A DNA stretch of 64,000 nt from Nannocystis sp. RBIL2 (GTDB lineage Bacteria; Myxococcota_A; Polyangia; Nannocystales; Nannocystaceae): assembly GCF_026626745.1 (NCBI RefSeq), contig NZ_JAPNJW010000001.1:716311-780310 (forward strand), read 5' to 3'. Below are positions 1-9,237 of the stretch, piece after piece (positions within the stretch are counted from its first letter, which is position 1; the number at the start of each line of letters is the position of its first letter). A program made the translations under genes and the position numbers. The notes below the pieces were generated by a model. That model saw only the letters and a list, made by a program, of their open reading frames with translations. It made no database searches and was not told where the DNA came from.

Positions 1-173
1 TCAGTCGCAGGTACATACAAACACGTTACATCGCGCGCGCGTCGGCGCGCCGGCCAGGATCGCTCGCGCGGGTGCGCCCGATTGCGACGATGTAAGGAGC
101 CCCATCGGACATGTCCGAATGAACATGTCCGAACAGTCTTCTCACCCGAAGACCCGGCCGCGGCGGCGCCGCT

Positions 174-3149
174 TCAGCGAGCGACGTGGGCCAGCAGCCA
201 GGCGTCGACCCGCGAGACGTCCTCGTCGGCGTGATCGCCGGCGTAGTCGGCCCGCGCCTCCGACGCCAACGTCAGCGCCCGCGGACGGTCGCGGCCCGCG
301 ACCGCGCGGGCGAGCGCGAACCGCAGTTCGCCCAGGTCGACCGGCTGCACGTCCTTGCGGGTGCGGATCGCCAGCGCCCGCTCGAGCAGCGGCCGGGCCT
401 CCTCGAGGCGCCCGAGCTCGACCAGCGCCACGCCGAGGCCGTGCAGCGGATACGCCACCTCGGGGTCGTCGGGGCCGAACAGCGCCTGGCCCCGAGCCAG
501 CGCCTCCTCGTAGATCGGCACCGCGCGGGCGTAGTCGTGCTGCAGGTGGTAGCTGTTGGCGAGGTTGTACAGGGCATCGACCAGCCGCCCCTCCTGCCCC
601 GACGCCCGCCGCAGCACCCCCGCCGCCGCCTCGAAGTCGCCGCTCGCGCGCGCGTAGTCGCCGGTGAACACCAGCGCGCTGCCGAGGTTCATCCGCGTCG
701 ACGCGATCTCGGGGTGGTCCGGCCCGAGCGTGCGCACGCGGATGTCGAGCGCCCGCTCGAGCGCGGCGATCGCCTGGTCGAAGCGACCGGCCCGCATCTC
801 GAGGACGGCGATGTTGTTGAGCACCGACGCGACGTCGGGGTGGTCGGGTCCGAGGCGATCCTCGGCCAGCGCCAGCGCGTCGCCGAAGTACCGGCGCGCC
901 GCCTCGTCGCGCCCGCGCTTGTCCTCGAGCGAGCCGAGCGCGTTGAAGGCCGCGATCAGCAGCAGCCGCGACGACGCCGGCGCCGCGCGCAGCACCTCGA
1001 CCGCGGCCAGCAGCGTCTGGCGCGCGCCCTCGTGCTCGCCGCGGGCCGTCCGCACGATGCCGAGCGAGATGTCCCTTCGCGCCTGTTCGATGGGCCCTGC
1101 CCCTACGCGCAGGTCGGTGGCCGCCGCCAGCTGCAGCATCCGCTCGCCCTCGGCGTGGCGTTGCTGCAGCCCGCCGAGCACCAGCCCGAGCTCGGCCATC
1201 GCCTGCCCGCGCATCGGGTCGACCGCGCCGGCCTCCGCCGCCGCGATCGCCCGCGTGTGCAGCTCGACCGCCTGCTCGAAGCGGCCCTGGTCGGCCGCGA
1301 TCTGCCCGAGGGTGATCAGCGCCCGCGCCTCGATCGCCCCCGCCCCGGTCGCGCGCCCCTCCTGCAGCGCGCGCTCGGCCAGGCCCTGCGCCGCCGCGTA
1401 CTTGGCCGCGTGCCGCTTGGCCACCGCGTGGGCCAGGATGCCCTCGAGCCGCGCGACCTCCTCGCGGCTGGCGAGCCCGCGCCCGGGGCCCTGCATCAGC
1501 TGCTCGGCGTCGGCGCAGGCCTTCAGGTCGGGCAGCCCCTCGACCGCGACCGCGGCGCGCTGCACCACCTCGCGGTCCGCCTCGGAGAACAGCGCCGCGG
1601 TCGCCTGCAGCTGCTCGAGGTGGCGATCGAGGCAGGCCATGCGGCGGTCGAGCAGCAGCGGCGACTGCTCGTGGTGGACCAGCGACGCCTCGCAGACCTC
1701 GCGGCGCATCGCCACCCACGTCGCCGCGTACTCGTCGAGGGCGGCCGTCGCGGTCTCGGCCGCGCGCGCCGCGTACGGCTGCCCGGTCTCGAGGAACGCC
1801 TGCCGCGCCCGCTCCTTGATGCCCTCGTCCCACACCCCGACGAGGTGGCGGTCCGCGCCCTCGCAGCCCGGCGGCTTGACCTGCGCCCACACGATCCCGC
1901 CGGTCACCGTCGCCGCCACGCCCGCCACCGCCAGCGCGCCGAAGATCGTGCGCCGCCGCCGTTCCGTCGGCGCCAGCGCGGCGAGCATCGCGTCCATCGA
2001 TTCGAACCGCTGGCTCGGCTCGACCGCCAGCGCGCGGAGGATCGCCCGCCGCACGTGCAGCGGCACCGACGTGCGCACCGGCGTGGCGTCGATCTTGCCG
2101 CTGAGCACGCTCGTCGTCAGCTGCACGTAATTCTTGGCGGGGAACGGGTGGGCCTTGAACAGCGCCTCGAACAGCGCCACCGCGAACGCGAACTGGTCCG
2201 CGCGGGCATCGACGCGCTGCCCCATGTGCTGCTCCGGCGCCATGTAGGCCGGCGTGCCGACCAGCGCGCCGGTCCGCGTCAATCGCATCGACGACAGCCC
2301 CGCGATCGCCGAGTCGAGCCCCGTCGCCGGCGCCTGCGAGGCCAGCGCGACCGCCTGCAGCTTGGCCGCCGCCGGGTCGGTGTCGGCCAGCGGCGCCGGG
2401 TGGTTGCCGCGGTCGGTGGTGGCGAACGGCGACAGGCTCGCCGACATCGACGCGCTCGGCGGCGTCGAGATGTTCTCGGACATGTCCCGAGGGACAGCCG
2501 TGAACTCGGGCCCCTCCGCGCCGCGGGCGATGCCGAAGTCGACCACGCGCACCCGGCCGTCGCGGCCGACCAGCACGTTATCGGGCTTGAAGTCGCGGTG
2601 GACGATCCCGGCCTTGTGCGCGGCCGCCAGCCCGCGGCCGGCGGCCACGAAGGTGTCGAGGATCTCCTGGCTGGTCCGCTTGCCGTCCTTGAGCCAGCGC
2701 GACAGGTTGTGCCCGTCGACCAGCTCCATCGTCAGGTACACCAGCTCGCCGATGCGGTTGGCGTCGTAGATGGCGACCACGTTCGGGTGCTGCAGCCTGG
2801 CCAGCGCCTGGGCCTCGCGCAGCAGTCGGCCGACGATCTCGTCGGCGCGGTGGCCGGGGCGGGCGTGCATGATCTTGAGCGCCACCCGGCGGTCGAGCCG
2901 CGGGTCGTAGGCGGTGTAGACCACGCCCATCGCCCCCGCGCCGATGCGGTCGAGCACCGTGTAGCGCTCGATCGCCGCCCCGCGCTCGAACTTGAGCGCC
3001 TGGACCTCGTCGATCGACGGCGACTCGACCAGCGTCTCGACCCCGGTCAGGTGCGACTGATCGAGGTCGGAATGGGCCCCGGCGGTGCTGCGCGCGCTCG
3101 GCGGGCCTTCCGCGAAAGGCCCCTCGCCCGTCCTCGCCGCCTCGCCCAC
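174..3149 (-). CDS. Ser/Thr protein kinase with C-terminal TPR-repeat domain
   Basis: 991-aa ORF. N-terminal Hanks kinase motifs (GAGAMGVVY, VALK, HRDFKPDNVLV, DFGIA, APE) are followed by a long run of TPR-like helical repeats. Confidence 0.85.
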   Translation of the reverse strand: MGEAARTGEGPFAEGPPSARSTAGAHSDLDQSHLTGVETLVESPSIDEVQALKFERGAAIERYTVLDRIGAGAMGVVYTAYDPRLDRRVALKIMHARPGHRADEIVGRLLREAQALARLQHPNVVAIYDANRIGELVYLTMELVDGHNLSRWLKDGKRTSQEILDTFVAAGRGLAAAHKAGIVHRDFKPDNVLVGRDGRVRVVDFGIARGAEGPEFTAVPRDMSENISTPPSASMSASLSPFATTDRGNHPAPLADTDPAAAKLQAVALASQAPATGLDSAIAGLSSMRLTRTGALVGTPAYMAPEQHMGQRVDARADQFAFAVALFEALFKAHPFPAKNYVQLTTSVLSGKIDATPVRTSVPLHVRRAILRALAVEPSQRFESMDAMLAALAPTERRRRTIFGALAVAGVAATVTGGIVWAQVKPPGCEGADRHLVGVWDEGIKERARQAFLETGQPYAARAAETATAALDEYAATWVAMRREVCEASLVHHEQSPLLLDRRMACLDRHLEQLQATAALFSEADREVVQRAAVAVEGLPDLKACADAEQLMQGPGRGLASREEVARLEGILAHAVAKRHAAKYAAAQGLAERALQEGRATGAGAIEARALITLGQIAADQGRFEQAVELHTRAIAAAEAGAVDPMRGQAMAELGLVLGGLQQRHAEGERMLQLAAATDLRVGAGPIEQARRDISLGIVRTARGEHEGARQTLLAAVEVLRAAPASSRLLLIAAFNALGSLEDKRGRDEAARRYFGDALALAEDRLGPDHPDVASVLNNIAVLEMRAGRFDQAIAALERALDIRVRTLGPDHPEIASTRMNLGSALVFTGDYARASGDFEAAAGVLRRASGQEGRLVDALYNLANSYHLQHDYARAVPIYEEALARGQALFGPDDPEVAYPLHGLGVALVELGRLEEARPLLERALAIRTRKDVQPVDLGELRFALARAVAGRDRPRALTLASEARADYAGDHADEDVSRVDAWLLAHVAR

Positions 3150-3359
3150 CGCTGCATGGTATCAAGGGCCGGCGGCGTTGTGGGCCTGGAGGCGTGCGGC
3201 GCCCCTGTTTGCAGGGGAGCGGCTGCAGCGCCGCTGCGGCGGGACGCGAAACGGCATTCGCCGTCCGGGCCTGCGGCGAACTCGGGGCCGCCTCGGGACC
3301 CGGCCGACGCGGCGCGCCGGGCTTGACTCCGCGGCCCTTCGAGCAGGAAAACCTCGGGC

Positions 3360-4619
3360 GTGCACGCCCGCGATCCCGAGCTCTCCGCCGCCGACCCTGA
3401 GATCTTCGCGCTGATCGAGCAGGAGGACGCGCGCCAGCGCGACAGCCTGCGCCTCATCGCCAGCGAGAATTACGTGTCGAAGGCCGTGCTCGCCGCGACC
3501 GGCACCAGCCTCACCAACAAGTACGCCGAGGGCTACCCGGGCAAGCGCTACTACGAGGGCATGGACTTCGTCGACCCGATCGAGTCGCTGGCCATCGCCC
3601 GCGCGCGCGAGCTGTTCGGGGCCGATCACGCCAACGTCCAGCCCTACAGCGGATCGCCGGCCAACCTGGCCGCGCTGCTCGCCCTGTGCCAAACCGGCGA
3701 CACCATCATGGGGCTGGCTCTCCCCGCGGGCGGTCACCTCACCCACGGCTGGAAGGTCAGCGCCACCGGCATCTACTACAAGGCCGTCCAGTACGGCGTC
3801 CGCCCCGACGACCACCGCATCGACCTCGACGAGGTCCGCAGCATCGCGCTCGCCAACCGGCCCAAGCTGATCTGGGTCGGTCACTCGGCCTACCCGCGCC
3901 AGCTCGACTTCGCCGGCTTCGCCGCGATCGCGCGCGAGGTCGGGGCCTACCTCGCGGCCGACATCGCGCACATCGCCGGCCTCGTCGCCGGCGGCGCGCA
4001 CCCGAGCCCCGTGCCGCACGCCGACGTCGTCACCACCACCACGCACAAGACGCTCCGCGGCCCGCGCGGCGGCCTGATCCTCAGCAAGGCCGCGCACGCG
4101 GCCGCGATCGACAAGGCAGTATTCCCCGGCCTGCAGGGCGGCCCGCACTGCCACACCACAGCCGCCAAGGCAGTCGCCTTCCGCGAGGCGCTGCAGCCGA
4201 GCTTCCGCGACTACGCCCACCAGATCGTCGCCAACGCCCAGGCCCTCGCCGAGGCCCTCATCGCCCGCGGCCACGTCCTCGTGTCCGGCGGCACCGACAA
4301 CCACCTGCTGCTCGTCGATCTGACGCCCACCGGCCAGGGCGGCCGCCACGTCGCGCGCGTGCTCAACCGCTGCGGCATCGAGCTCAACGCCAACGCCATC
4401 CCGTTCGACCCGCGCAAGCCGTTCGATCCCTCGGGCCTGCGCATCGGCCTGGCCGCCATCACCTCGCGCGGCATCGAGACCCACCACATGCCCGTCGTCG
4501 CCGACCTGATCGCCGACGGCATCGCCCTCGCCGTCGAGAACGCCGACGACGCCCGCTGCGAGGTCCACCGCGGCCGCGTGCGCGAGTTCCTGCGCGCCTT
4601 CCCGGCCCCCGGCCTCTGA
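3360..4619 (+). CDS. glyA: serine hydroxymethyltransferase
   Basis: 419 aa with the canonical SHMT N-terminus (IASENYVSKAVLAATGTSLTNKYAEGYPGKRYY) and the HLTHG segment. Confidence 0.93.
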   Translation: MHARDPELSAADPEIFALIEQEDARQRDSLRLIASENYVSKAVLAATGTSLTNKYAEGYPGKRYYEGMDFVDPIESLAIARARELFGADHANVQPYSGSPANLAALLALCQTGDTIMGLALPAGGHLTHGWKVSATGIYYKAVQYGVRPDDHRIDLDEVRSIALANRPKLIWVGHSAYPRQLDFAGFAAIAREVGAYLAADIAHIAGLVAGGAHPSPVPHADVVTTTTHKTLRGPRGGLILSKAAHAAAIDKAVFPGLQGGPHCHTTAAKAVAFREALQPSFRDYAHQIVANAQALAEALIARGHVLVSGGTDNHLLLVDLTPTGQGGRHVARVLNRCGIELNANAIPFDPRKPFDPSGLRIGLAAITSRGIETHHMPVVADLIADGIALAVENADDARCEVHRGRVREFLRAFPAPGL

Positions 4620-4643
4620 ACGGCCGCGCCCGCCCTCGCCGTC

Positions 4644-5825
4644 ATGCAGCCGTACCCCATCACTGCCATGGCCCTGTGCAACGGCATGGGCGACAGCACC
4701 GCCGCCGTGCTCGCCGCCTTGCGTGCCGGTCGCTCCGGCCTCGGCCCGTGCCCCGCCGAGTTCGAGCTCGACGCGGTCGTCGGCGCCATCCCGACCCCGC
4801 TGCCGTCGCTGCCCGGCTTCCTCGGCCCGGTCCGCGACACCCGGCAGGCGCGGATCGCCGCGGTCGCCCTGGCCGAGCTGCAGGCCCCGCTGGACCGCGC
4901 GCGCGCCCGCTGGGGTTCGGACCGCGTCGCCATCGTCCTCGGCACCAGCACCGGCGGCATCGAGGCCAGCGAGACCGCCTACGCCCACGCGCAGGCCCAC
5001 GGCGGCGCCCTCCCGGCCGCCTACGACGTCGAGACCTCGCACGCCCTCGACGCCGTCCTGCACGTCGCCCGCGTCCTCGGCGGCGGCCTCGGCGGCCCGG
5101 CCTACGTCGTCTCGACCGCCTGCTCCTCTTCCGCCAAGGTGTTCGCCTCGGCCCAGCGGCTGCTCGCCGCCGGCCTGTGCGACGCGGTCCTGGTCGGCGG
5201 CGTCGACAGCCTGTGCCGCCTCACCGTGCGCGGCTTCGCCGGCCTCGAGGTCCTGTCCTCGCGGCCATGTCGTCCGTTCTCGCGCGAGCGGGCCGGCATC
5301 AACATCGGCGAGGGCGCCGCGCTGCTCCTGGTCGAACGGACAGGTGACGGCCCGGCCCGCCTGCTCGGCGTCGGCGAGAGCTCCGACGCCTACCACATGA
5401 CGAGCCCGCACCCCGAGGGCCTCGGCGCGCGCATGGCGATGGAGCGCGCGCTCCAGCACGCCGGCCTTTCCGCCGCCGACGTCGACCACGTCAACGCCCA
5501 CGGCACCGGCACCAAGCAGAACGACAGCATGGAGAGCGCGGCGATCCGGGCGGTGTTCGCCGGGGCCCCTGCGCCCGCGGTGGTCGCCACCAAGGGCTAC
5601 ACCGGGCACATGCTCGGGGCCGCGGGCGCCACCGAGGTCGCCTTCGTCATCGACGCCATCGCCGGCGGCTACCTGCCCGCCAGCGTCGGCGCCGACCCGC
5701 TCGACGACACCCTCGCGGTCGACGTGGTCACCGCCCGCCGCGACGTCCCCACCCGCGCCGCGCTGAGCAACTCGTTCGCCTTCGGCGGCAGCAACTGCAG
5801 CGTCCTCGTCGGAGGCCCGGCATGA
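4644..5825 (+). CDS. beta-ketoacyl-ACP synthase (KAS I/II-like; ApeO-like ketosynthase)
   Basis: 393 aa with active-site Cys in STACSSS, two His motifs (HMTSP, NAHGTGT) and C-terminal NSFAFGGSN. Its stop originally overlapped the next gene start. Confidence 0.85.
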   Translation: MQPYPITAMALCNGMGDSTAAVLAALRAGRSGLGPCPAEFELDAVVGAIPTPLPSLPGFLGPVRDTRQARIAAVALAELQAPLDRARARWGSDRVAIVLGTSTGGIEASETAYAHAQAHGGALPAAYDVETSHALDAVLHVARVLGGGLGGPAYVVSTACSSSAKVFASAQRLLAAGLCDAVLVGGVDSLCRLTVRGFAGLEVLSSRPCRPFSRERAGINIGEGAALLLVERTGDGPARLLGVGESSDAYHMTSPHPEGLGARMAMERALQHAGLSAADVDHVNAHGTGTKQNDSMESAAIRAVFAGAPAPAVVATKGYTGHMLGAAGATEVAFVIDAIAGGYLPASVGADPLDDTLAVDVVTARRDVPTRAALSNSFAFGGSNCSVLVGGPA

Positions 5826-5832
5826 GCGCCTG

Positions 5833-5896
5833 CGCTTCCAGACATGTTCATCGGGACATGTCCCGATGTTCATCCTGCCCGCTGCCCGCGGCCCGC
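5833..5896. mobile_element. about 64-bp CATG-palindrome element inserted at the KS/CLF gene junction, flanked by 23-bp direct repeats (CGTCGGAGGCCCGGCATGAGCGC)
   Basis: Direct repeat copies lie at about 5810-5832 and 5896-5918. Each copy contains the ATGA stop/start overlap; the insert carries GACATGTTCATCGGGACATGTCCCGATGTTCATC. Confidence 0.6.
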
Positions 5897-5910
5897 GTCG
5901 GAGGCCCGGC

Positions 5911-6714
5911 ATGAGCGCGCTCGCCTTCGCCGTCCGCGGCCTCGGGTTCTGGACCCCCGGCTACCCCGACCTCGCCGCCTGGCGGGCCCGGCCCGACACC
6001 TGGCCCGAAGGACAGGCGCCTCCGACCGAGCCGGCCGCCCCGAAGGCCGAGCTGCTGCCACCGATGATGCGGCGGCGCACCAGCCTGCTCACCCGCATGG
6101 CCGCCGAGGTGGCCGCCCAGGCGCTGCAGGACGGCGGCGTCGACCGGGCCGCGGCCACCCTCGTGTACGGCTCCGTCTACGGCGAGATCCGCACCACCCT
6201 CGACCTCCTCGCCGCCCTGCTCGTCCCCGGCGAGCCGCTGTCGCCGACCAAGTTCCACAACAGCGTCCACAACACGGCGGCCGGCTACGTCTCGATCGCC
6301 ACCGGCAACCGGGCCGGCAACGCCGCCCTGTCAGCCGGCCTCTCGACCCTCGCCATGGGCCTCGTCGAGTGCGCCGCCCTCGTGGCCGCCGGCGAGGGCG
6401 ACGTGGTGCTCGTGCTCGCCGAGGAGCCGCTGCCCGAGCCGCTGGCCGCCGGCCGCCGCTGGGACCCGTTCGCCGCCGCCTTCGCCCTTTCGGCGCCTGT
6501 CCCCGGCGACATGCCCATGAGGACATGTCGCCTCGAACATGGCGCGAATGACATGCTCCCCGCGCCACGTCCGGTCCCGGCCGCCCTGGCCGCCAACCCG
6601 TGCGCCGCCGCGCTCGCGCTGGTCGAGGCGCTGGCCGCCGGCGCCCCGGCGCGGATCGCCCTCGAGCCGCACCTCGCGGTCGGCTGGCAGTGCGCGCTCG
6701 GAGCCGGGGCATGA
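5911..6714 (+). CDS. KS-like chain-length-factor-type protein (Ketoacyl-synt_2 family, lacks active-site Cys)
   Basis: About 267 aa starting MSALAFAVRGLGFWTP; carries a KS N-terminal-domain-like signature (FHNSVHNTAAGYVSIATG). Its TGA overlaps the next ATG. It contains an in-frame CATG-repeat insertion at about 6507-6561. Confidence 0.7.
   Translation: MSALAFAVRGLGFWTPGYPDLAAWRARPDTWPEGQAPPTEPAAPKAELLPPMMRRRTSLLTRMAAEVAAQALQDGGVDRAAATLVYGSVYGEIRTTLDLLAALLVPGEPLSPTKFHNSVHNTAAGYVSIATGNRAGNAALSAGLSTLAMGLVECAALVAAGEGDVVLVLAEEPLPEPLAAGRRWDPFAAAFALSAPVPGDMPMRTCRLEHGANDMLPAPRPVPAALAANPCAAALALVEALAAGAPARIALEPHLAVGWQCALGAGA
6507..6561 (+). repeat. 4 tandem 14-bp CATG-core units (CGACATGCCCATGAG / GACATGTCGCCTCG / AACATGGCGCGAAT / GACATGCTCC) lying in frame inside the CLF-like CDS
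   Basis: Read directly from the sequence; they encode DMPMRTCRLEHGANDMLP within the protein. Confidence 0.8.
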
Positions 6715-7160
6715 CCGCCGACTTCCCGCCGGTGGCCGAGTTGGTCCCGCAGCGCCCGCCGATGCTGCTGCTCGACGAGGTCGTGGCCGCCGGCGACGAC
6801 GGCATCACCTGCGCCGCGCAGGTCCGCCCCGACAACCTGTTCGTCGTCGACGGCCGGGTCCACGCCTCGGCCCTGCTCGAGTACATGGCCCAAACAATCG
6901 CCGCGTTCGCCGGCCTGCGCGCGCGCGCCGACCATCAGCCGCCCGCGCTCGGCCTGATCGCCGCCTGCCGCAACCTCGAGCTGCACGCCGAGCACCTCGC
7001 CGTCGGCGACCCGCTGCAGATCGTCGCCACCCGCGTGTTCGCCGGCGCCATGGCCGAGTACCGCGCCGCAGTCACGCGCCGCGGCCAGCCGCTGGCCGAG
7101 GCCGTGCTCTCCGTCGTCACCACCGCCCCACCCAGCACCTCCGCAGGGAGCCCCGCATGA
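6711..7160 (+). CDS. hotdog-fold 3-hydroxyacyl-ACP dehydratase (FabA/FabZ/ApeP-like)
   Basis: 149 aa (MTADFPPVAELVPQRPPMLLLDEVV...); the size and motifs are typical of APE/FAS dehydratases. ATGA overlaps occur with both neighbours. Confidence 0.7.
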   Translation: MTADFPPVAELVPQRPPMLLLDEVVAAGDDGITCAAQVRPDNLFVVDGRVHASALLEYMAQTIAAFAGLRARADHQPPALGLIAACRNLELHAEHLAVGDPLQIVATRVFAGAMAEYRAAVTRRGQPLAEAVLSVVTTAPPSTSAGSPA

Positions 7161-7879
7161 AGCCACGCGCGCTCGTCACCGGCGCCAGTCGAGGGATCGG
7201 CGCTGCGATCGCCGAGGCCCTCGCGGCCGCCGGCCACCCCATCATCCTCAACTACCGCAGCGACGACGCGGCCGCCGAGGCCGTCGCCGCCCGGATCCGA
7301 GCCGCCGGCGGCGAGGTCGTCCTCAGCCGCTTCGACGTCGGCGACGACGCGGCCGCCGATGCGGCGATGAACGCCATCCTCGCCGACCCGCGGCCGCTCG
7401 GTGTCCTCGTCAACAACGCCGGGATCGCCCGCGACGCCCCGTTCCCCGCGCTCGAGCGGGCCGACTGGGAAGCTGTCCTTCGGACCAGCCTGGGCGGCTT
7501 CTACAACGTCACCCGCCCGGTGATCATGCCGATGGTGCGGCGCAAGTGGGGCCGGATCATCACCATGAGCTCCGTCTCGGCCCAGCTCGGCAACCGCGGC
7601 CAGGTCGCCTACGCCGCGGCCAAGGCCGGCGTCATCGGCGCGACCAAATCGCTGGCGCTGGAGCTCGCCCGCAAGGGCGTCACAGTCAACGCGGTCTCCC
7701 CCGGCCTCGTCGACACCGACATGATCAAGGACGTCCCGCTCGACCACGTGATGCCGCGGATCCCGGCGCAACGGCTCGGCACCGCCCCCGAGGTCGCCGC
7801 GCTGGTCGCGTTCCTCGCCAGCGACGCCGCCGCGTACATCACCGGTCAGGTGATCGGGATCAACGGCGGCATGGTATGA
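7157..7879 (+). CDS. fabG: 3-oxoacyl-ACP reductase (SDR, FabG-like)
   Basis: 240 aa with TGASRGIG cofactor motif, NNAG, and the catalytic S...YAAAKAG triad spacing. Confidence 0.85.
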   Translation: MKPRALVTGASRGIGAAIAEALAAAGHPIILNYRSDDAAAEAVAARIRAAGGEVVLSRFDVGDDAAADAAMNAILADPRPLGVLVNNAGIARDAPFPALERADWEAVLRTSLGGFYNVTRPVIMPMVRRKWGRIITMSSVSAQLGNRGQVAYAAAKAGVIGATKSLALELARKGVTVNAVSPGLVDTDMIKDVPLDHVMPRIPAQRLGTAPEVAALVAFLASDAAAYITGQVIGINGGMV

Positions 7880-7886
7880 CCCGGCC

Positions 7887-9086
7887 ATGCACGACGTCCT
7901 GATCGTCGGGGCCGGCCCGGCCGGATCGACTGCCGCCAACTTGCTCGCGCAGGCGGGCGTCCGGGCCGTCGCGCTCGACAAGGACGTGTTCCCGCGCTTC
8001 CACATCGGCGAGTCGCTGCTGCCGATCGACCTGCCGATCTTCGCCCGCCTCGGCGTCGCCATGGATCGCACGAGCTGGCAGTTCAAGCAGGGCGCCGAGT
8101 TCATCGACGAGCGCACCGGCGAGTTCGCCTTCTTCAGCTTCGCCGACGGCCTCGAGGGCACGCCCCCGCACGCGTGGCAGGTCGACCGCGCCACCTTCGA
8201 CACCATGCTGTGCGACGTCGCCAGGAGCCGCGGCGCCGACATCCGCTTCGGCGAGCGCGTGCGCGACATCGAGTTCATAGGCGATCACGTCCGCGTCGTC
8301 ACCGACCGCGAGGAGCACCGGGCCCGCTTCCTCCTCGACTGCACCGGCCAGGACGCCATGCTCGGCCGCGGCGCCCGCACGATCGCCCCGCTGCACGAGC
8401 TCGGGCGCGCCGCCGTCTTCTGCCACTTCGACGACCTCTCGCCCGAGGTGTGGGCCGAGCTCGGTGAGCAGGGCAACATCAAGGTCCTGATCGTCGAGGA
8501 CGGCTGGCACTGGCTGATCCCCATGCACGGCGGTCGGCTCAGCGTCGGCCTGGTGAAGTGGCGCGGCAAGCTCGACGACGACGCCTTCGAGGCCGCCCTG
8601 GCCGCCTCGCCGCTGTGCCGCCGGCTCACCGCCGGGGCCACCCGCAGCGCCTCGCGGACGATCCGCAACTGGAGCTACAAGAACACTCGCCCCTCCGGCC
8701 CGCGCTGGGCCTGCGTCGGCGACGCCTGCGCATTCCTCGATCCGGTGTTCTCGTCGGGCGTCTCGCTGGCGATGCTGGGCGCCGAACGGACCGTCGACCT
8801 CCTCGTCCCCGCGCTCGCCGAGGGCCGCGAGGCCGCGGCCGATCTCATGGCCCCGGTGCACGCCACCATGCAGGTCGCCTACGACAGCTTCGAGCAGCTG
8901 ATCCGCCGCTTCTACCACACGCGCCTCGTGTCGCACCTGTTCTTCGCCCGCACGCCCGACCCTCAGCTGCGGCGCGGCCTCATCAGCATGCTCGCGGGCG
9001 ACGTCTGGCGCGACGACAACCCGTTCCAGGACATGCTGCGAAGCTCTCGCGTGCAGCCGCAGCGGGTCGCCGCGCCGAGCGAGTGA
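7887..9086 (+). CDS. FAD-dependent oxidoreductase (halogenase / geranylgeranyl-reductase-like flavoprotein)
   Basis: 399 aa with an N-terminal GxGxxG dinucleotide fold (DVLIVGAGPAGSTAAN) and DxxxxGxxS-like segments. It is the last gene of the KS/CLF/DH/KR cassette. Confidence 0.75.
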   Translation: MHDVLIVGAGPAGSTAANLLAQAGVRAVALDKDVFPRFHIGESLLPIDLPIFARLGVAMDRTSWQFKQGAEFIDERTGEFAFFSFADGLEGTPPHAWQVDRATFDTMLCDVARSRGADIRFGERVRDIEFIGDHVRVVTDREEHRARFLLDCTGQDAMLGRGARTIAPLHELGRAAVFCHFDDLSPEVWAELGEQGNIKVLIVEDGWHWLIPMHGGRLSVGLVKWRGKLDDDAFEAALAASPLCRRLTAGATRSASRTIRNWSYKNTRPSGPRWACVGDACAFLDPVFSSGVSLAMLGAERTVDLLVPALAEGREAAADLMAPVHATMQVAYDSFEQLIRRFYHTRLVSHLFFARTPDPQLRRGLISMLAGDVWRDDNPFQDMLRSSRVQPQRVAAPSE

Positions 9087-9237
9087 CTGCAAGCTTTGTA
9101 AGCCAGATCGCAATTTAGTCACTCGCTACCTCCCCCGACTTCCGCGAAAGGCAGAGGTCGGCGCGCGATGGTTGCGTGTGCAACGTTGCAATTTGCCCAA
9201 TCCCATTGTTCCCTCATCGGCGTCGGGAACGAGTCGC

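Noticed and set aside
142-3326. Long ORFs on both strands overlapping the TPR kinase gene (142..1890 minus, 186..3326 plus) with Arg/Ala/Gly/Pro-rich translations
   Set aside because: These are typical high-GC shadow ORFs: low complexity, no motifs, and they overlap a strongly supported gene in another frame.
3162-5912. 916-aa minus-strand ORF antisense to glyA and the ketosynthase
   Set aside because: It is antisense to two well-supported genes and its composition is low-complexity. Its apparent start (MPGLRRGP...MNIGTCPDEHVW) is generated by the CATG-repeat element at about 5840.
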